The notes below the pieces were generated by a model that worked only from the letters and a program-made list of their open reading frames with translations, was not told where the DNA came from and ran no database searches. Positions 34,301 through 47,500 of a stretch of DNA of 64,000 nucleotides are shown piece by piece (within the stretch, counting starts at the first letter, position 1; every line of letters starts with the position of its first letter). Position numbers and translations under genes: made by a program. The stretch lies in contig OZ374557.1 of assembly GCA_977862235.1 (NCBI GenBank), positions 992,001 to 1,056,000 on the forward strand, given 5' to 3'. The DNA is from Dudresnaya verticillata (lineage: Eukaryota).

Positions 34301-36590
34301 GAATTCAAGGTTGCACCGGTCGGATCCGCCTCCATGGGCTCGCGCAATTCTGCGAGTTCCATTCCGTCATGGTCCTCCACCGATAGTATCGGGGCATTCC
34401 GTTGCGGAGGGGGCGTATGCGGCCTGCCCCGATTCCCTTGTGGATTCGAACTGGTGCCTACTACGAACCTGCGGCCGACAGGGTAACGCTTCTGGAAGTT
34501 GCGCTCGCGCTCTTCCATAAGCCTAACCCGATCGGAGTCATGTATCCATGGGCAAACAACGTGCTCTGGCGAAAGGCAGATGCGACAGTTACCACTTCCG
34601 TAAAGGCGTCGGACCCGAGGATCCGACTCATCCCGTAGCGGAGGTGCTGGTTGCTACTGTTCTCTCCCGTCGTGGGCATTATTTCCGTAATGGTGACTCG
34701 GCTGCTGTTGGGGGCCAGGAGCCGGGCGAGATCCACCATAGAGGGGACCTTGCGCGCGTGGCATCCTGGGCGGAGTAGGATGGACGCTTTGCGGGGGCGA
34801 GGAGTACGGGGTAGAAAAGGTAACCCCCGTGCTCGTTCCCGTAGCGGCACCGTGGCCTCCCTCGACAGCTTAGACTTGAGCATCCGTAACGGAAGGATCT
34901 GCTTGCGGATCATAGTGTACATCCGAGACGGAGTCCAGCGATAACACCTTAGACGGGCGTGCTTTAGTGCGCCCATCAAAGACGTGAGCCGGAATGGTTT
35001 GGCGTCGAGCTGCCCGATGGGACTGACCCAGGCCAGTCGCATAGCGAGTGATGGCCTGATAATCCAACTGGGAATGCGTTGCTAGATAATTTCTCATCTG
35101 TTGACGAGTGCCCGGTAGGAGTCCTCCAACGAACAGTGACTTCAATGCCCGATCGGAAAATACTGTACCGCAACGGAGTGCCTTGGCCCAGAGCTGGTTC
35201 GAGTACTGCTCTTCCGTTATGGCGGGTGTTTGCCTGAAGTTGCTGACATCCGTATAGGCTTCAGCAATCACTTCATCCGTAGCGTAGGTTCTCAATAAAA
35301 GGTTCACCACCTCGGAATATGTGCGGAGCATCTCGGCCTGCTCCACGTCAACCGCCATGGTACCTCCAGCAAGCCTAGCCTGTAGAAGGGCTTCGGCCTG
35401 TCCTTTAAGGAAAAACTGGAAGCACCAGACGGCAACCCCTTCGGCGATGCCGTTGATGTTACAACCGTCACGGAACTTAGCGAGAAATCCCAAGATGGTA
35501 ATAGGGTCCGTCCCATCGAATGTATGGGACGAAATCTGGACGTCGAGTTTCTTCCGTATACGGCTCATGTTCTGTGAGAACTTAGAGCCGTAGGTCTTAC
35601 TCCTCTTATCCAATCGGTAGGTGCGGTAGTCCAGCGCCTTGACAAACTTGTCATGTAGCGGCCGGATTACCTTAACATTTCCGGATTTGGCACCGTGTTT
35701 TCTGGCCCGGTGCCTATTCTCTCTATCCGTTACGGAAGAACTCTCTGAGTCTGAATCCGTAGAGGTAGAGGAGTCATGCCTTTTTTCGCGTTTCCGCGAT
35801 CTTCTGTTTCTCCTCTTGCGGCGGCGGTGTTGGCTATCCTCTGAGCTGCTCTCATTGGATTCCATACCAGATTGGTGGCGTCATCGCTGGGTGTGGTCGC
35901 CCATGTGCGACCGACGGGGAGGGTCAGAGCGGGAGTGTCGGGCACCTCGTCTATGCCGACCTCGACCGGTCCTCCGACTCGGATGGGGTGAGCTGGACGC
36001 ATCGCTGAGATGGCCGCTGCCTCCACCTGATCGAACCGGAACGGTATAGCGCTCTTGCTGATAGCGCCCTGGCGTAGGCACATCTACGTGTCCAGGAGAA
36101 TGCCGTAACGGTGGCTGAGTGTGTGTTGGTCCCGTAGGGGCTTGTTGATGTTGAGAATCCGTTACGGGAGCCGGTGGCAGTGGCCCAGAGGGTACTATGC
36201 CCGGCGGAAATCCCATAACGGGTTTTTTTTGCGGCTGCTGCGTTCTTCCCTCGACCGGGAACTCATTCCGTAACGGTGGTTGCTCAGTGAAAGCTTCCGT
36301 AGCGGGAGGCCTTGCCATGCCGGGAGCAATCTGGCTCTCGAGCTCGGCGGCCACCTTTTCCTGTAGGATCAAAGCTTGCACTATCCGAGGAAAGTGCTGC
36401 TCCAGATAGGAATTAACCAAAGACGGAACAGTTTCCGAGAGGGATATCACCACCTCTTTTACCATTCCAGGTTGTACTTCCAATCGGAGATGCTCTAACA
36501 CCCGAGGAAGGACCTCCGACAGGACCCAGTGGACCCGATGGGATTCCGGCTTGGGTTGCGGAGCTGCCTTCTTGGAGGCGTCTGATCCGA
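34276..36590 (-). pseudogene. gag: A2 gag, 5'-truncated
   Basis: Near-identical to A1 gag. Fused at 36590/36591 to LTR sequence; the equivalent of A1 4375-4786 is missing. Confidence 0.9.
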
Positions 36591-37561
36591 TTCGCACCGA
36601 GACGGGAGAACAGCGAGCGGCTAACCGAGACGGATATTGGGAAGCAACAGACAAGGGGGTGGTACAAGTGCCGGGACGGACTCCGTAACGGTGGTGGTGG
36701 TAGACCGCAACGTGCTCGGCGCGGGGAAAACCGTAAAGGATTGGGCTAAGGTTGCTTACCCGTTTACCTTAGGAGCCGCTGCGGTGCCGTCCTGATATAC
36801 AAGTCAGGGTGGCACCGAGCGGTCCGGTCCATGGGGGCCAGACCCTACTGGTCTGGTCCTATGGTGGAATCGGCCCTGCTGGTCCCAATCTCCGACACGG
36901 ACCTGCGCAGCATTCTCATTGGCTGGCGCACTACTCTACATACTGTACATATACTCACTAAAAATAAAGAATAAATACTACAAATACTCCACTTCGGTTG
37001 GTGCGCTCCACTGCTGCACAGCAATGTACGCCAGCACACAACAATGCACTCAACACCGACACGGGTACACGTGGACACATCCCATACCAGTTCAGGCCAC
37101 ACTATATGCATTTCTACCGTTGCGGATGCCGAATCGCACTTCACCAAAGAAGCCCCTCCTTAAATGGCGCCACGTCGTCGTGCGCCCACCTTCGCGGAGT
37201 TGCAGCTGCGGTCCGACACCGTCAACGGATTCCAGAAGCTTTTCCAGGTCTCACTTCAACTGCTCTACTGCCGTCATGGTTTGCTTCGATGCTTTGGGAA
37301 ACTCCACGCACCTCCCATACCAGGACTTCTGTTACGGAGAATAATCAAAACGCGCTTGACGCGAGTGTCGCTCTTATCCGCAAGGGTTTCCTGTCCAGGC
37401 TGGTCGCCGTCTTCTGCCTCATAAAACAACCGCAACCGGTTCCTCCCGTGTGTCAGGGGAGCAGACGTTAGGACTTGTCTCACTTTCACCCTAACGGGAT
37501 TGCAATCCAGGCACCTCACAGACAGCTTCATTTGCAAAACTCCGACATGGGGGTCCTACCA
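36591..37561 (-). mobile_element. Element A3: 3' internal region, PPT and 3' LTR (36591-37148) of a more diverged A copy; LTR tip probably at 3178-3194
   Basis: This LTR is preceded on the minus strand by the PPT AAGGAGGGG and 3' sequence homologous to 19141-19556, so it is a 3' LTR and not A2's 5' LTR. Confidence 0.8.
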
Positions 37562-37636
37562 TTTGGTGCAACTCACCTGTGCTCATTTCCCTCAAATCGC
37601 GGATTCACCGCCAGCAATGTACTTGGGGGCTGCCCC

Positions 37637-38164
37637 TGTAAGGCGCACGGCCTGTAAGTCGTGCGCGCCGGTGGTGACGGGTGGCGGATTATGGTGGCGG
37701 ATCTTCGCTACTGTACGCACTGTCAGACGCCCTTAATTTTAGTTACTTTTCGTTAATCCCTTCCCACGTGCCACGAATTGTCAAGTGGCTCGCTCCCTTC
37801 CCCTCTTCATTTGCGGCGCACCCGCGTGTACATAGTATATTAGGGCCCCGAGGTGCGCACTCATACAATAAACCAGCCAAGCTTGGGCCCAGCGAGACAC
37901 ACCCTCCTACCCTATCGACTCCGTCGCTAGGCTGGACTCCAGCGGGTACGCTACCCTTCTTCATCGTACAAAATCCTGTTTTTCCTTTATTTTTCCTTTG
38001 TTTTCTTTAAGGATTTCCTTTCTAGGGTATCCCCCTGCTTGGTCTCGTTTTGCTTTACAGTCGCGCTACGGGGCTATTCCCCTGCTCTACCGCTACTACC
38101 TCACCTGCTACCACCGGGCCATCGAACAGCCTGAGGTGCATCCTCTCACCTACCCCGTGGATTG
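37637..38164 (+). mobile_element. Possible LTR fragment of an unassigned family
   Basis: TGTAAG start shortly after a G-run, non-coding, with an AATAAA. No partner copy in the window. Confidence 0.3.
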
Positions 38165-39025
38165 TGTAGTATCTCGAAAGACACCACCGAGTCCGGCGCC
38201 GGAATGAGACCCCAAAGGATCAGGAAGACCTATCGGATTTCGTAGCAAACGGCCGAACGTAGAACGGACCTGCGCGCCGGTAGCAAGCGTGGTAGAGCGG
38301 GAGCGCGCAGACGAAGTCACGGCCAAAATCCTGGATGAGCAGTGGAAAATGCCAAGTTGGGAAAAGGTTGCAAAACTTTACTCCCAACCTCTGGCGGGAC
38401 GGCTTCGTACCTATCCTGGCCGAGCCGTAGTTTGTGGCCGTCTAAGTAGACCCTCAATCGGCCATTGGAGCTAATCTAGAGCTATTCTACAGTTAGTGGC
38501 CGAGGTTACTCCCCGTCGGCCACTACTTGTGTTTCGGTGTCGGGCCAATGTTATACCCTTACCAGACTAAACCAAGTACTTTTCCGTTAGTGGTTACCCA
38601 AAGGAGTTAGATTTTCCCTTGATTTTTCTGCTGCCTTCCTCTTGATTTCACTTGCGGCCAAATCCAATTTCCTCTTTTCACTTGTCTCCAGATCCGATCA
38701 CACTGATCACGCGTGTACAGCGGGCCACGTGGTGCGCTTGGGTGTCGTAGGTGGCCACGTGTGACACACGTGTACACTTGTTGGACACGTGCGTCTCTTG
38801 CGCATGTTCATTGGCGTCCGCCCGGCCGCACTGTCGTCGGTTGGGCAAACGTATCTTTTCGATTGGGCCGACTGTCCCACTTGGCCCGGCCGGTTGCGTC
38901 CGTTTCGGAGACCCCTTGGCGTTGCGTCACAGATTGCGCCACATTTGGTCTCCCGACCTAGAAGTTCGGAACTCCCGATTGGCTACCTCACTTACGCTAC
39001 GGAACTACACTGATCACGGCAATTA
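38165..39025 (+). mobile_element. Element E: 5' LTR (38165-38943) and PBS (38946-38963), truncated
   Basis: TGTAGT...CCACA followed by the shared 18-nt PBS. Inverted homology to 62947-63704. Confidence 0.75.
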
Positions 39026-41095
39026 GACCCGACCAGATTAAATAGGAACTCCGAGATTTTGCCGCCCTCTCCACCAATTAATATGGTCCAGAGTAATTCT
39101 GAACCAAGGGTAATTAGGGTGTGCTCACAAAAGGTTCAGACCAGATTAATACATGGGCATGGTGACGTGTAATGGAAACGTGTAACAATTTCATTCGTCT
39201 ACTCAACGGGTGCTCCTTCAAAGTGGTTTCTGTGCTCGGCAATTATGACCTGGAGCTGCTCAAAGAGCTGGCACTCCTCCCATCTGCCAGTTGTGTTCAA
39301 AGACATTCCACACTTAATCATTGCCTCGCGGGCGTACGACATACCATCGCCGTCCCTTTGACCATTAACTTCGCGCACAGAAAGCGCAGCAATTTCGAGA
39401 AAGAATTACTTTCCGGGGTTACAAAGCTTTCCGCTCGACCCTTCCACTCCTGGCATCCAGCGATTCTCGTTGATCATCTGCAACTTATGCTGATCCCACA
39501 CACGGCGCCAGGCATCCTTGATCTTAGCAATAAGGAAGGAGTCAGCGGGTTGCACTAGGTCAGTCGCGTTTGCCGGCAGCTTGCGGAGTTCCGTGTTAAT
39601 GGCTGCGCATGCACGGTCAATGCTTTCATTCTGGTTGTGACTAGAACAATTGTCAACCAAAAGCACCCTCTTCTTCCGATCTGACAATGCTCGTATCGCG
39701 CGCGGTTCTCCCAACCATTCCTTGAATACACGGTTATCCATCCATCTTTTCCTCCCAGTGCGGTAACAAACGCCGCAAACATCATCTTTGACGCCACGAA
39801 TTGGGTATGAGCAGTTGTCATTTTTTAAGACTAGCATTGGCACTTCAATGGAGGCATTTACACCCCCTGTAACACGAATAATCATCTTAATTCCCTCATC
39901 GTCAGATAACGCATCTACATATTTGACATGCTCGTCGCCACGAAAACCAAGTGTCCTTCTTTTATCCATATTGAAACAGAAATGAGTTCCATCGGCGTTT
40001 TCGATTGTGTTCTCATCAAGTTCTCCACTCTCAAAACCTCGTCTTAGCGTTCCGAGATGATAAGCTACAGTCTTGCGAATGTGCAGTTGCTTCTCTGGAC
40101 TCGGAGAAAGATTTCCCGTCTGACGTCGAATGACAAGGTTATTGCTGGACATGAATGTCTGTACCCATCGAATAGTAATCTTGCTCACGGCATCTACATT
40201 TGCCAATGATACAGCCACGCTCAGGTAGGATTCAACGGGGTTAGTCGGGAGCATGTGTTTTGCTCAGGTCATTAGAAGAGATGGTGTCACTTTAACACCT
40301 GCAGAACGCAGCCTGTCAAACTCCAGTAGCATGGCCTGGTACAGGATTGTAACCCATTCCTTGCGCTTGCGGCCGCGTCCTGAAAGAGCTTTGAAGTTGA
40401 CCCTTTTGACGCCATGATGAGCATGCCCACTCAAGTTTCCTGGACGAGTGGTACCTGCTCGGAGGGCAATAAATTGTGGCCTTTTACGCCACCACGAAGT
40501 AACCTTTGCGTGGTTGGCTTTGTAAGAGCCCGGCAAGAGCTGTGCGAATTGTCTTAACGCTCGGCCAATAAAAAAACAGAGCCGTGGTGGACATCTTGAC
40601 TTGCATCTCGCCAAACTGGTTCTTCACCTCTTGTTGTCACTCGGCCGTCCGACGCTTATACTGGTAGAACTCTTACCGGTCCAACCAAACGTCCTGTTCT
40701 GGCTGGGAATCATCATCAACCGGAGGCGGCCGAAGATTGGAGGGAGCGGCCAGCGGAGTCATCGGCGGCGCTGAGGCCGCTGGTAGCGTGCGAAACGGCG
40801 AAATCGGAGGGGCTGCCCGCAGCGGTACCTCATTACGGACGGCACCTACCGTGAAGGACGACCCTGCTCGGCCGACTGTTGGAGGCATACCCTGGCCAGT
40901 CGATAACGGGACCGGAGGGGCTGGTGGTGGCCCCGATAACGGTGGATATAGGCCAGGAGCAGGTGGTGGGCCTATAAGAGCGCCCAATGTGGAGGAAGGC
41001 GGAGCCGAGCCTTGTAAGGACTGCGGTTGTCCGCCTGCCGGTGAGGAAGAAGAAGAGATGAAGAAGTGCGTCGAAGACTGATCGGCCAGATACAT
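39026..41095 (-). mobile_element. pogo/Tigger-like (DDE_1) DNA transposon, frameshifted transposase ~39197-41095
   Basis: ENADGTHF, LLVDNCSSH, LPANATDLVQPAD..IAKIK are typical pogo DDD motifs. Possible left end TA|GACCCGACCAGATTAA, with ACCAGATTAA repeated near 39140. No second terminus found. Confidence 0.8.
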
Positions 41096-41099
41096 CTAG

Positions 41100-44000
41100 C
41101 GATTTTTGGACACCCCGTGGCCGACGTGTGCAAAGTGGCCTACCTGGGAACCACACTGTCGTGTGCAAAACGCAGGGGTGGGAACGGACGATTCCGAGGT
41201 ACTAGTGCCTATACCAAGGGCCGGATACTGCCGTGTGCAAAGCTCCCTGTGCTGGGAACGAACCAGCGAGTGTGCAAAGTGGCCGCCCTGGGAACGAACC
41301 AAGCGACGGGTGTCTGGCCTGTGACCTAGACTGGTTGGTTCCGCCGCAGGCCCTGTAGTCTATTTAGTAGTCGCCCCTCTGGGCTCGAGTAAACAAAGGA
41401 AAGCCAGCCTACGCCAGGTTTATCCCTTTCTGCTTTGGTTTCTTTCCAAGTCTTTCGCCCTACGGCTTCCCTCTTTCCCTAGCCGCCTAAGCTTTCCTTT
41501 TCCTTTTCCCACCGTCGTCTTCGTGCCGCCACACGACGGGGAACACAGGGAACCGGCCGCTGCCACCCGCGTACGATCCGCCCCGTGCGCGCTTAGGCTT
41601 CTACGCACGTTGATCCGCGACCGTCGACGGCGCGCGCGGCCGACACCACCGCTCTAACACCTACTGCTACCACTCTTCGACGGGTCTGGGTGAGACGACG
41701 AGACCAGCCGCGCTAGACATCAGTTCGACCTGACGTCTATGCGACACTGGTCTCCCGACCTAGAAGTCGCAGAAGACCCTATCACCTCTCGCGTTGACGC
41801 GATCGAGGCCAAGAATGCCACTGCTACCTACTTCGGCCGCTGCCGGTTCGGCAGATACCGCGGCAGGTGAGGTTGGCGGTCGACGCACTTCCCTGCTGAG
41901 TAACGTTGGAGTCTCGGGACCTCCCTTAGAGGAACCGCGCATCGAGCGCAGGACGGCTATAGCCAAGGCCCTAGGAGGGACAACGGTCTCTGCGACCGAC
42001 CTCCAGTTACTCTACGAGGAGACGATGGACTCACTCTCGGAAGTGTACACCACCTTCATGGTCTCAGTCGCAGGAGCGCGGGCACGAGGTCAGAGTGACC
42101 TGGAATCGCTTCGACGCGGAACTCTGGCCTCCGTCGAGGAAGGATTAACCCGAACGCAAGGGCTCCACTACGAGCTACGCTAACGCGTTGCGTTGATCGA
42201 GCACTCACCGACGCGGTATTACCAGCGGGCGCCTAGGCCATCGCCGGTGTGAAGCCGTCCTCCGCGATAGCCGTCCCAAGCGGATCCGGTTCGCAAGCTG
42301 GCCCAAGCCCTCCTTGCTGCGCGTCGTAGTGAGCGAACTCACTTTTCTCCACCGGCTCCTCCGCCTAGTAATAGGCAAGGGTCCCCTCGACCTACAAGGG
42401 ATGACGACCCCTTCTACGGGGCCGACCCCAAGATACTGCAACGCGCCCTCGACGGGCGTGGAGTCGGAGGGGCGTCTCGCAGCTCACCATACGAAGATGC
42501 CGCGGTGGCCTACTGGCACTGGTGAGCATTGATGCCGGGCGTCGAGCCACTGGGCACCTTGGTCCCCGAATTCGGAAAGTCTATTAACTACCTCTCTCAT
42601 CGTCGAGACGAAATCAGGCAGGGGGACAATCAGCAGCAAATCTGTAACGACAACACCGCCGAGATTTTCAGCAGGATGAAAGCTCTCATGCCGTGGCTCG
42701 ATCGCAACGACGGCAAGAAGCCCATCCGCTTGCTTGGTGTGCTTATTCAGCTACGCCAAGCCTTCAAAGGCGTCGGCCTGTCGGAAGGCACAGCGGTGGG
42801 AGTGGTATCCTGGTTCCTAGACGGAACAGCATCCCAGGTGTATTCGAGTCACCTTTTCTCGGGGATCCGGACGACTAGTCACGGCACCCCCCGTGCTGGG
42901 CCTCGGTGTTCAATACCCTCGTCGAGAGGTTCGTCACCGACGACGTTATCGCCGACGCGTACGACCGACTGACCACCTCCAGGTAGCGGGACGCCGAGTC
43001 AGAACTCGAGTTCGCCTCTCGTCTAGAAGGCTACGCAGATGACTGTGCTGGCGTCTACTCAGACGAGAACCGGACGCACCAGTTCCTGCGTGGTCTGTTT
43101 CCGACCACATGATCCTCCGTGGTGGAGAAGGTACGGCAGATGCCTATGGTGGAGCAGACCAACTTCAGTACCGTTCATCGGATCGCTCACAGTGAGGGCA
43201 CAACCTACCGCGCCCGCATGGCCAAGGCGTCGACGCCGGCTATCGCTTCGTGGCGCGTTAGGGGGAGCAGTTCGGCAAGCGGCCGCACTCTTCTTATCGA
43301 GGCGCCACGTACCCCCGATAGGGAAGTGTCCTTCGACGGTACGATGTTGGTGGCGCCCGATGACGATGGTTTCGAACACGTCATGGTCGTGCCCACGCTT
43401 TCGACAGCCGGGGCGGCGCAAGTCGAGGAGACCTTCGCTATATCAGGACGCATCGACGCAGTCCTGCCGGATGTCCTGCCGGAGAGGATCCCTCCGCTCA
43501 CACCGTTGCAAGAGGTAATGGCCCGCGCTGTCACCCCTGATCGACAGGGGTGGTACACCTGCTGGTTCTGCCAAGAACGCAGGCAAATAATGTACTCGTG
43601 CCCGTTCCTGACTAAGGAACAGCATTTTTACTGCTCGTATGCGAACGGAAACCATAGACGTGACACGCAGCCGCAAGCGCGCAACAACTTGCAGCAGCTC
43701 ATCGATGAGCGCATGCCGGCAGGCTCCAAGGCAAGTTACTCCGCAAGACGCTTCGACGCGCACCGGGGTGGGGACCGACGCTTCGACGCGAGAGGTACCC
43801 GCAGCGCTTCGACGCGCAAAGGTATCGCGGGGAAACGCAAAGGTACCGAGGGGATCGTCGAGATCCGCGCCGCGAATTCCAAAGGGCAGACGTCCCGCGG
43901 TTCCTCACTAGCGACGAGCGGATCGGGTTTGACGACCAAGCCGGTCGTCAACCTCGGGCGTCGACGCACTCGAGGCCCGACCGGCAGCGAGAACTGCTCC

Positions 44001-44580
44001 GAGAAGTGATTACCGTGCAGGAGCACATCGGGCTAACAGCCGACGAGTGGCTCCCGCAAGCGCTCGACGCGCATAGCAAGTATGCGTCCGCCCGGGAGTA
44101 GGGCGAGGATCCCTAGCTCCTTTTTGACACGCTGCCGCGATCGACGCGAGGCGAAGGCTGGGCGTCTAGCCAGCTAATGGGATCCGAGGAAGATAGCTCG
44201 ATTCGGAAACTAATTTTGACCGGATCGACCCGGAAAAGAGTGAAGGCGGTGCCGTTCGTGCGTTCGCGCGCACCGTCTTTCTCTACCGGATATCCACCAC
44301 CCTCCTCAAAGCAATCAACGGCAAGTGGGACGTCGAGTCCCACTCAAGGCAGGACCTCCTCGCCAAGCATCGCTCGGAGCCCCCCTACGCGAGGAGTCGT
44401 CGAAGGCTATACCTATATACCACGTGTCTGGGTCGCTAGGCGCTGACCCAGGGGTACTGTTACCCCACACTATCGCGGTGGAGTCCGGGTACACCCTCAT
44501 CGCGAAGCGACGCTGCCATCCGGATGGGAAAAGCATGCGGCGGCGATGGAGTCGATCTTCCGGAAACGCCGCGACCTCCT
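41100..44580 (+). mobile_element. Element F: decayed Gypsy (LTR to 41746, PBS 41748-41765, gag remnant)
   Basis: Shared PBS. DGKKPIRLLGVL..LSEGTAVGVVSWFLDG is homologous to A/C gag, with knuckle remnant CWFC..SCP. Outer boundaries approximate. Confidence 0.7.
41126..41306 (+). repeat. Four copies of GTGTGCAAA..TGGGAAC in the F LTR
   Basis: Direct repeats at ~41126, 41161, 41233 and 41270. Confidence 0.7.
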
Positions 44581-47500
44581 CATCTCTCGCAACATCCCGG
44601 ACGCCTCCACCGCCGGAAATATCTACTAATCCGTTGCCCGGATGCTCTACCAGACATCGGAACTGGACTTCTGCATCCAGCATATCGACAGCCTTCTCGA
44701 CACCCGCTGTCCCTCCATCTCCGCCTCTCCTCCTCCGGCTCCTCAGTCCTCTGCTCCCACCGACGTCTCTACCTCCACGGTCTCCGCCCAGAAACTCGCA
44801 GCGAACATGTCACAACGTTTCAGAACCCCTGCTCGCAAATTCTCGGGAACCGAAAATCTTCATTCCTTCATCCTCGGATACCAATATACCGTCAAAGATT
44901 TTCCCTCACTTCGGAGCAACGTATGCAATATATCCACCTTCTATTCCGCGATGATTCTCTTCTCTTCTATTAAACCCATATCGAAGGTCGTATTCATAAC
45001 TTTGGATCCGCCATTACGTTACTAGATAAGCACTTGTACCCGCTGGCGCGCCAAAATCAGTTCTATGGTTATCTTCGCAACCTACTTATCGGAGATCACA
45101 CTCCCAACGCTACTTCCCTTTCTGACGCCCTCGATAAGGTTAACTCCATTATCACTCGCTACATGCGCTGTGTACCACTACACAAGCGAAATGAAGACAC
45201 CAAGGTCGAGATAATCCGCGGCACGGTAGCCGGTTGTTCCTGGGCTCATCACATCCTGGTACACTCCTCCAATTACGCTACATCCTACCAGGATCTGCTC
45301 GCCCGCCTCCATGGTGCTATTCAAACTGAGGAAGAGATTCGTTTAGCACGCCCTCGTTCCACCTCCTCCGATACCTATCTGGCCGCTAGCCGACCAATGT
45401 ACTCCCCTCGCCTCCCCCGTTTTCGCTCCCAGAGTGCTCCGCACGCTCCCCGCCGTGGCTCGTCACATAACTCTGCCCCGCCCCGCACCCTTGCGTACTG
45501 GAACTGTGGCAAAAACCACCGTTTGATCCACTGCCCTGATCCTCAAAACATCTCTTGCATCACTGCCAACCGGCTCAAGCACTACAATTCTCGCCCTAAC
45601 GCTCGTGGCACTGACGGCAAAAACCGGGTCCTCAAACGCGTTCTCTACGAGCTCGTCAGTCAGGTCGACCCTGACTCTTCCCTTGACCCTCTCCCCTCCG
45701 ACCACTATGACAACAACCCCGAGGCATACAGACTCTCCTCGCCTCTTGACGTCGAGCCTGTCGCTGCCAATGAACCTTTGGCACCCCTTCCAGATATTGT
45801 CTCCCACGAGCCCACACCCTCTCCTGTTCCCGATCCTTCCCTCCAGGATATGCTTCATTCCCTTTCTATTTCCGCAGAGGACCACGCTCAGGCTTAACCT
45901 TCCCTTCAGGACGCCCTTCTGGATTTTTAGAACGGAGTCCCACACCCAGCCGCAGCCCGGCTCCTAGTTCTCCTCTGCGCCCTCCCCCTATTCCCCCTCC
46001 CTCATCTTCCACTTGCCCCAAATCCATAAACCTCTCCCTCCATCGTTCCGGAAACTTTATTGATATCCCTCACACTCGTGTCAAGGACATCTCCATTCCC
46101 AAAGTCCAACAATTCCATGGAGCCTGTCTCGACATTGGCGCATCTCGCTCTGTCATCGGGCGCAACCAAGCACGTGCCTATTGCCGGGCCACCGGATATA
46201 AATTCCGCTTTCGCCCCTCACCTACTTATTTCCGTTTTGGTGACGGCTGCTTCCCGAGTCTTGGTCTACTCCCCGTCCGCATCCCGTGTCCCGATGGTAA
46301 CTTCATACACCTGGAGATGGATGTCGTCGCCGTTGACGTCCCCATGCTTATTGTTCTTGATGTCCTAGACAGCGAACAACTCATCGCTGAAAATGTCGCC
46401 AATACCCTCATCAGCAAACAACACGACTGGTCCATGCCTATCAAAGGCCAAGACGGCCACCTATATCTCAAGTGGAAATTTTCTTCCGTTCTCTTCTCTC
46501 GAAATGATCTCAAGCGCCTTCACTACCACTTCTTTCACCCCTCCGTTCAGAAATTGTTCAACGTCATTTCCCGGGCTACCCCTGACCAAGCCACCCCAGC
46601 TACCAGTAAACGTCTTCAGGACATTAGTGACTCTTGCCGCACCTGCCAGCATTTCGTCCCCAAGCCCCAATCTTTCAAAGTCTCCCTCCCGGACAAAATC
46701 GTCTTCAATTATACCCTCTCCCTCGACCTTATGAAAGTACGAAAACGCCCCATCCTACACGTTGTTGATGTCCACACCCACTTCTCCGCCGCCCGCTATC
46801 TCCGCAGTGAGTCTGCAGAAGACGTCTGGAATGCCTTCCTTTCCTGTTGGGCTTCGATCTACACCGGATTCCCTGATAATATTCGCGCTGACTAAGGCTC
46901 CGTATTTACCAGTCATCTCTTTTCCGAACAGGCCTTTCTGAACGGTATCCGCCTTGCACTATCTGGCGTCGAAAGCCACAACTCACTTGGCGTTGGCGAA
47001 CGTTACCATGGCCCCCTTCGCCGCATCTATGAGAAGATTTTATCCGACTTCCCGTCCCTTGATCCAGAGCTTATCCTGGCTCTCTCCTTTAAGGCCATGA
47101 ATGATACTATGAACTTCGATGGCCTTATCCCCTCACTCCTCGTGTTCGGGGCCCTCCCTCGCTTTCCATCAGTCCACACTCACTTCCTTCTGAAGCAGAC
47201 CGCATGCAGGCACTTGCGTCTGTGCGCCGCGAAATGGAAACTATCACATGCCAACTCCGTATCCGACAAGCCCTCCAATCGAACCTCCCCGCTCCTACTA
47301 AGTTTGAATTTTCCGTCGACCAGGAGGTGCTGGTTTATCGCGAAAAGGAAAAAGTCGAAAATGGCTTGGCCCTTGCCGCATCACCCGCATCAACGGCAAA
47401 CAAGCCTTTATTGATCGCGACGACACTGACGTCCAACACTCCCTTGCCCAGCTCCGTCCATACACTTGAGACCTTAGTCACCTCCCTGATCCATTACCCA

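Larger units (their letters stand above)
3195..36590 (-). mobile_element. Element A2: chromodomain Ty3/Gypsy (A family), interrupted by B (+A1) and C; 5' LTR and PBS deleted
   Basis: 3' LTR is split into 3195-3268 and 18554-19140, with the PPT next to 19141. The 3' region is 19141-19576 plus 29467-~30000, pol is ~29985-34300 and gag is 34276-36590. It is a high-identity reverse complement of A1. Confidence 0.9.

Noticed and set aside
36591..37148. This LTR as the 5' LTR of A2
   Set aside because: It is preceded by a PPT and 3' internal sequence, so it belongs to a separate copy (A3).
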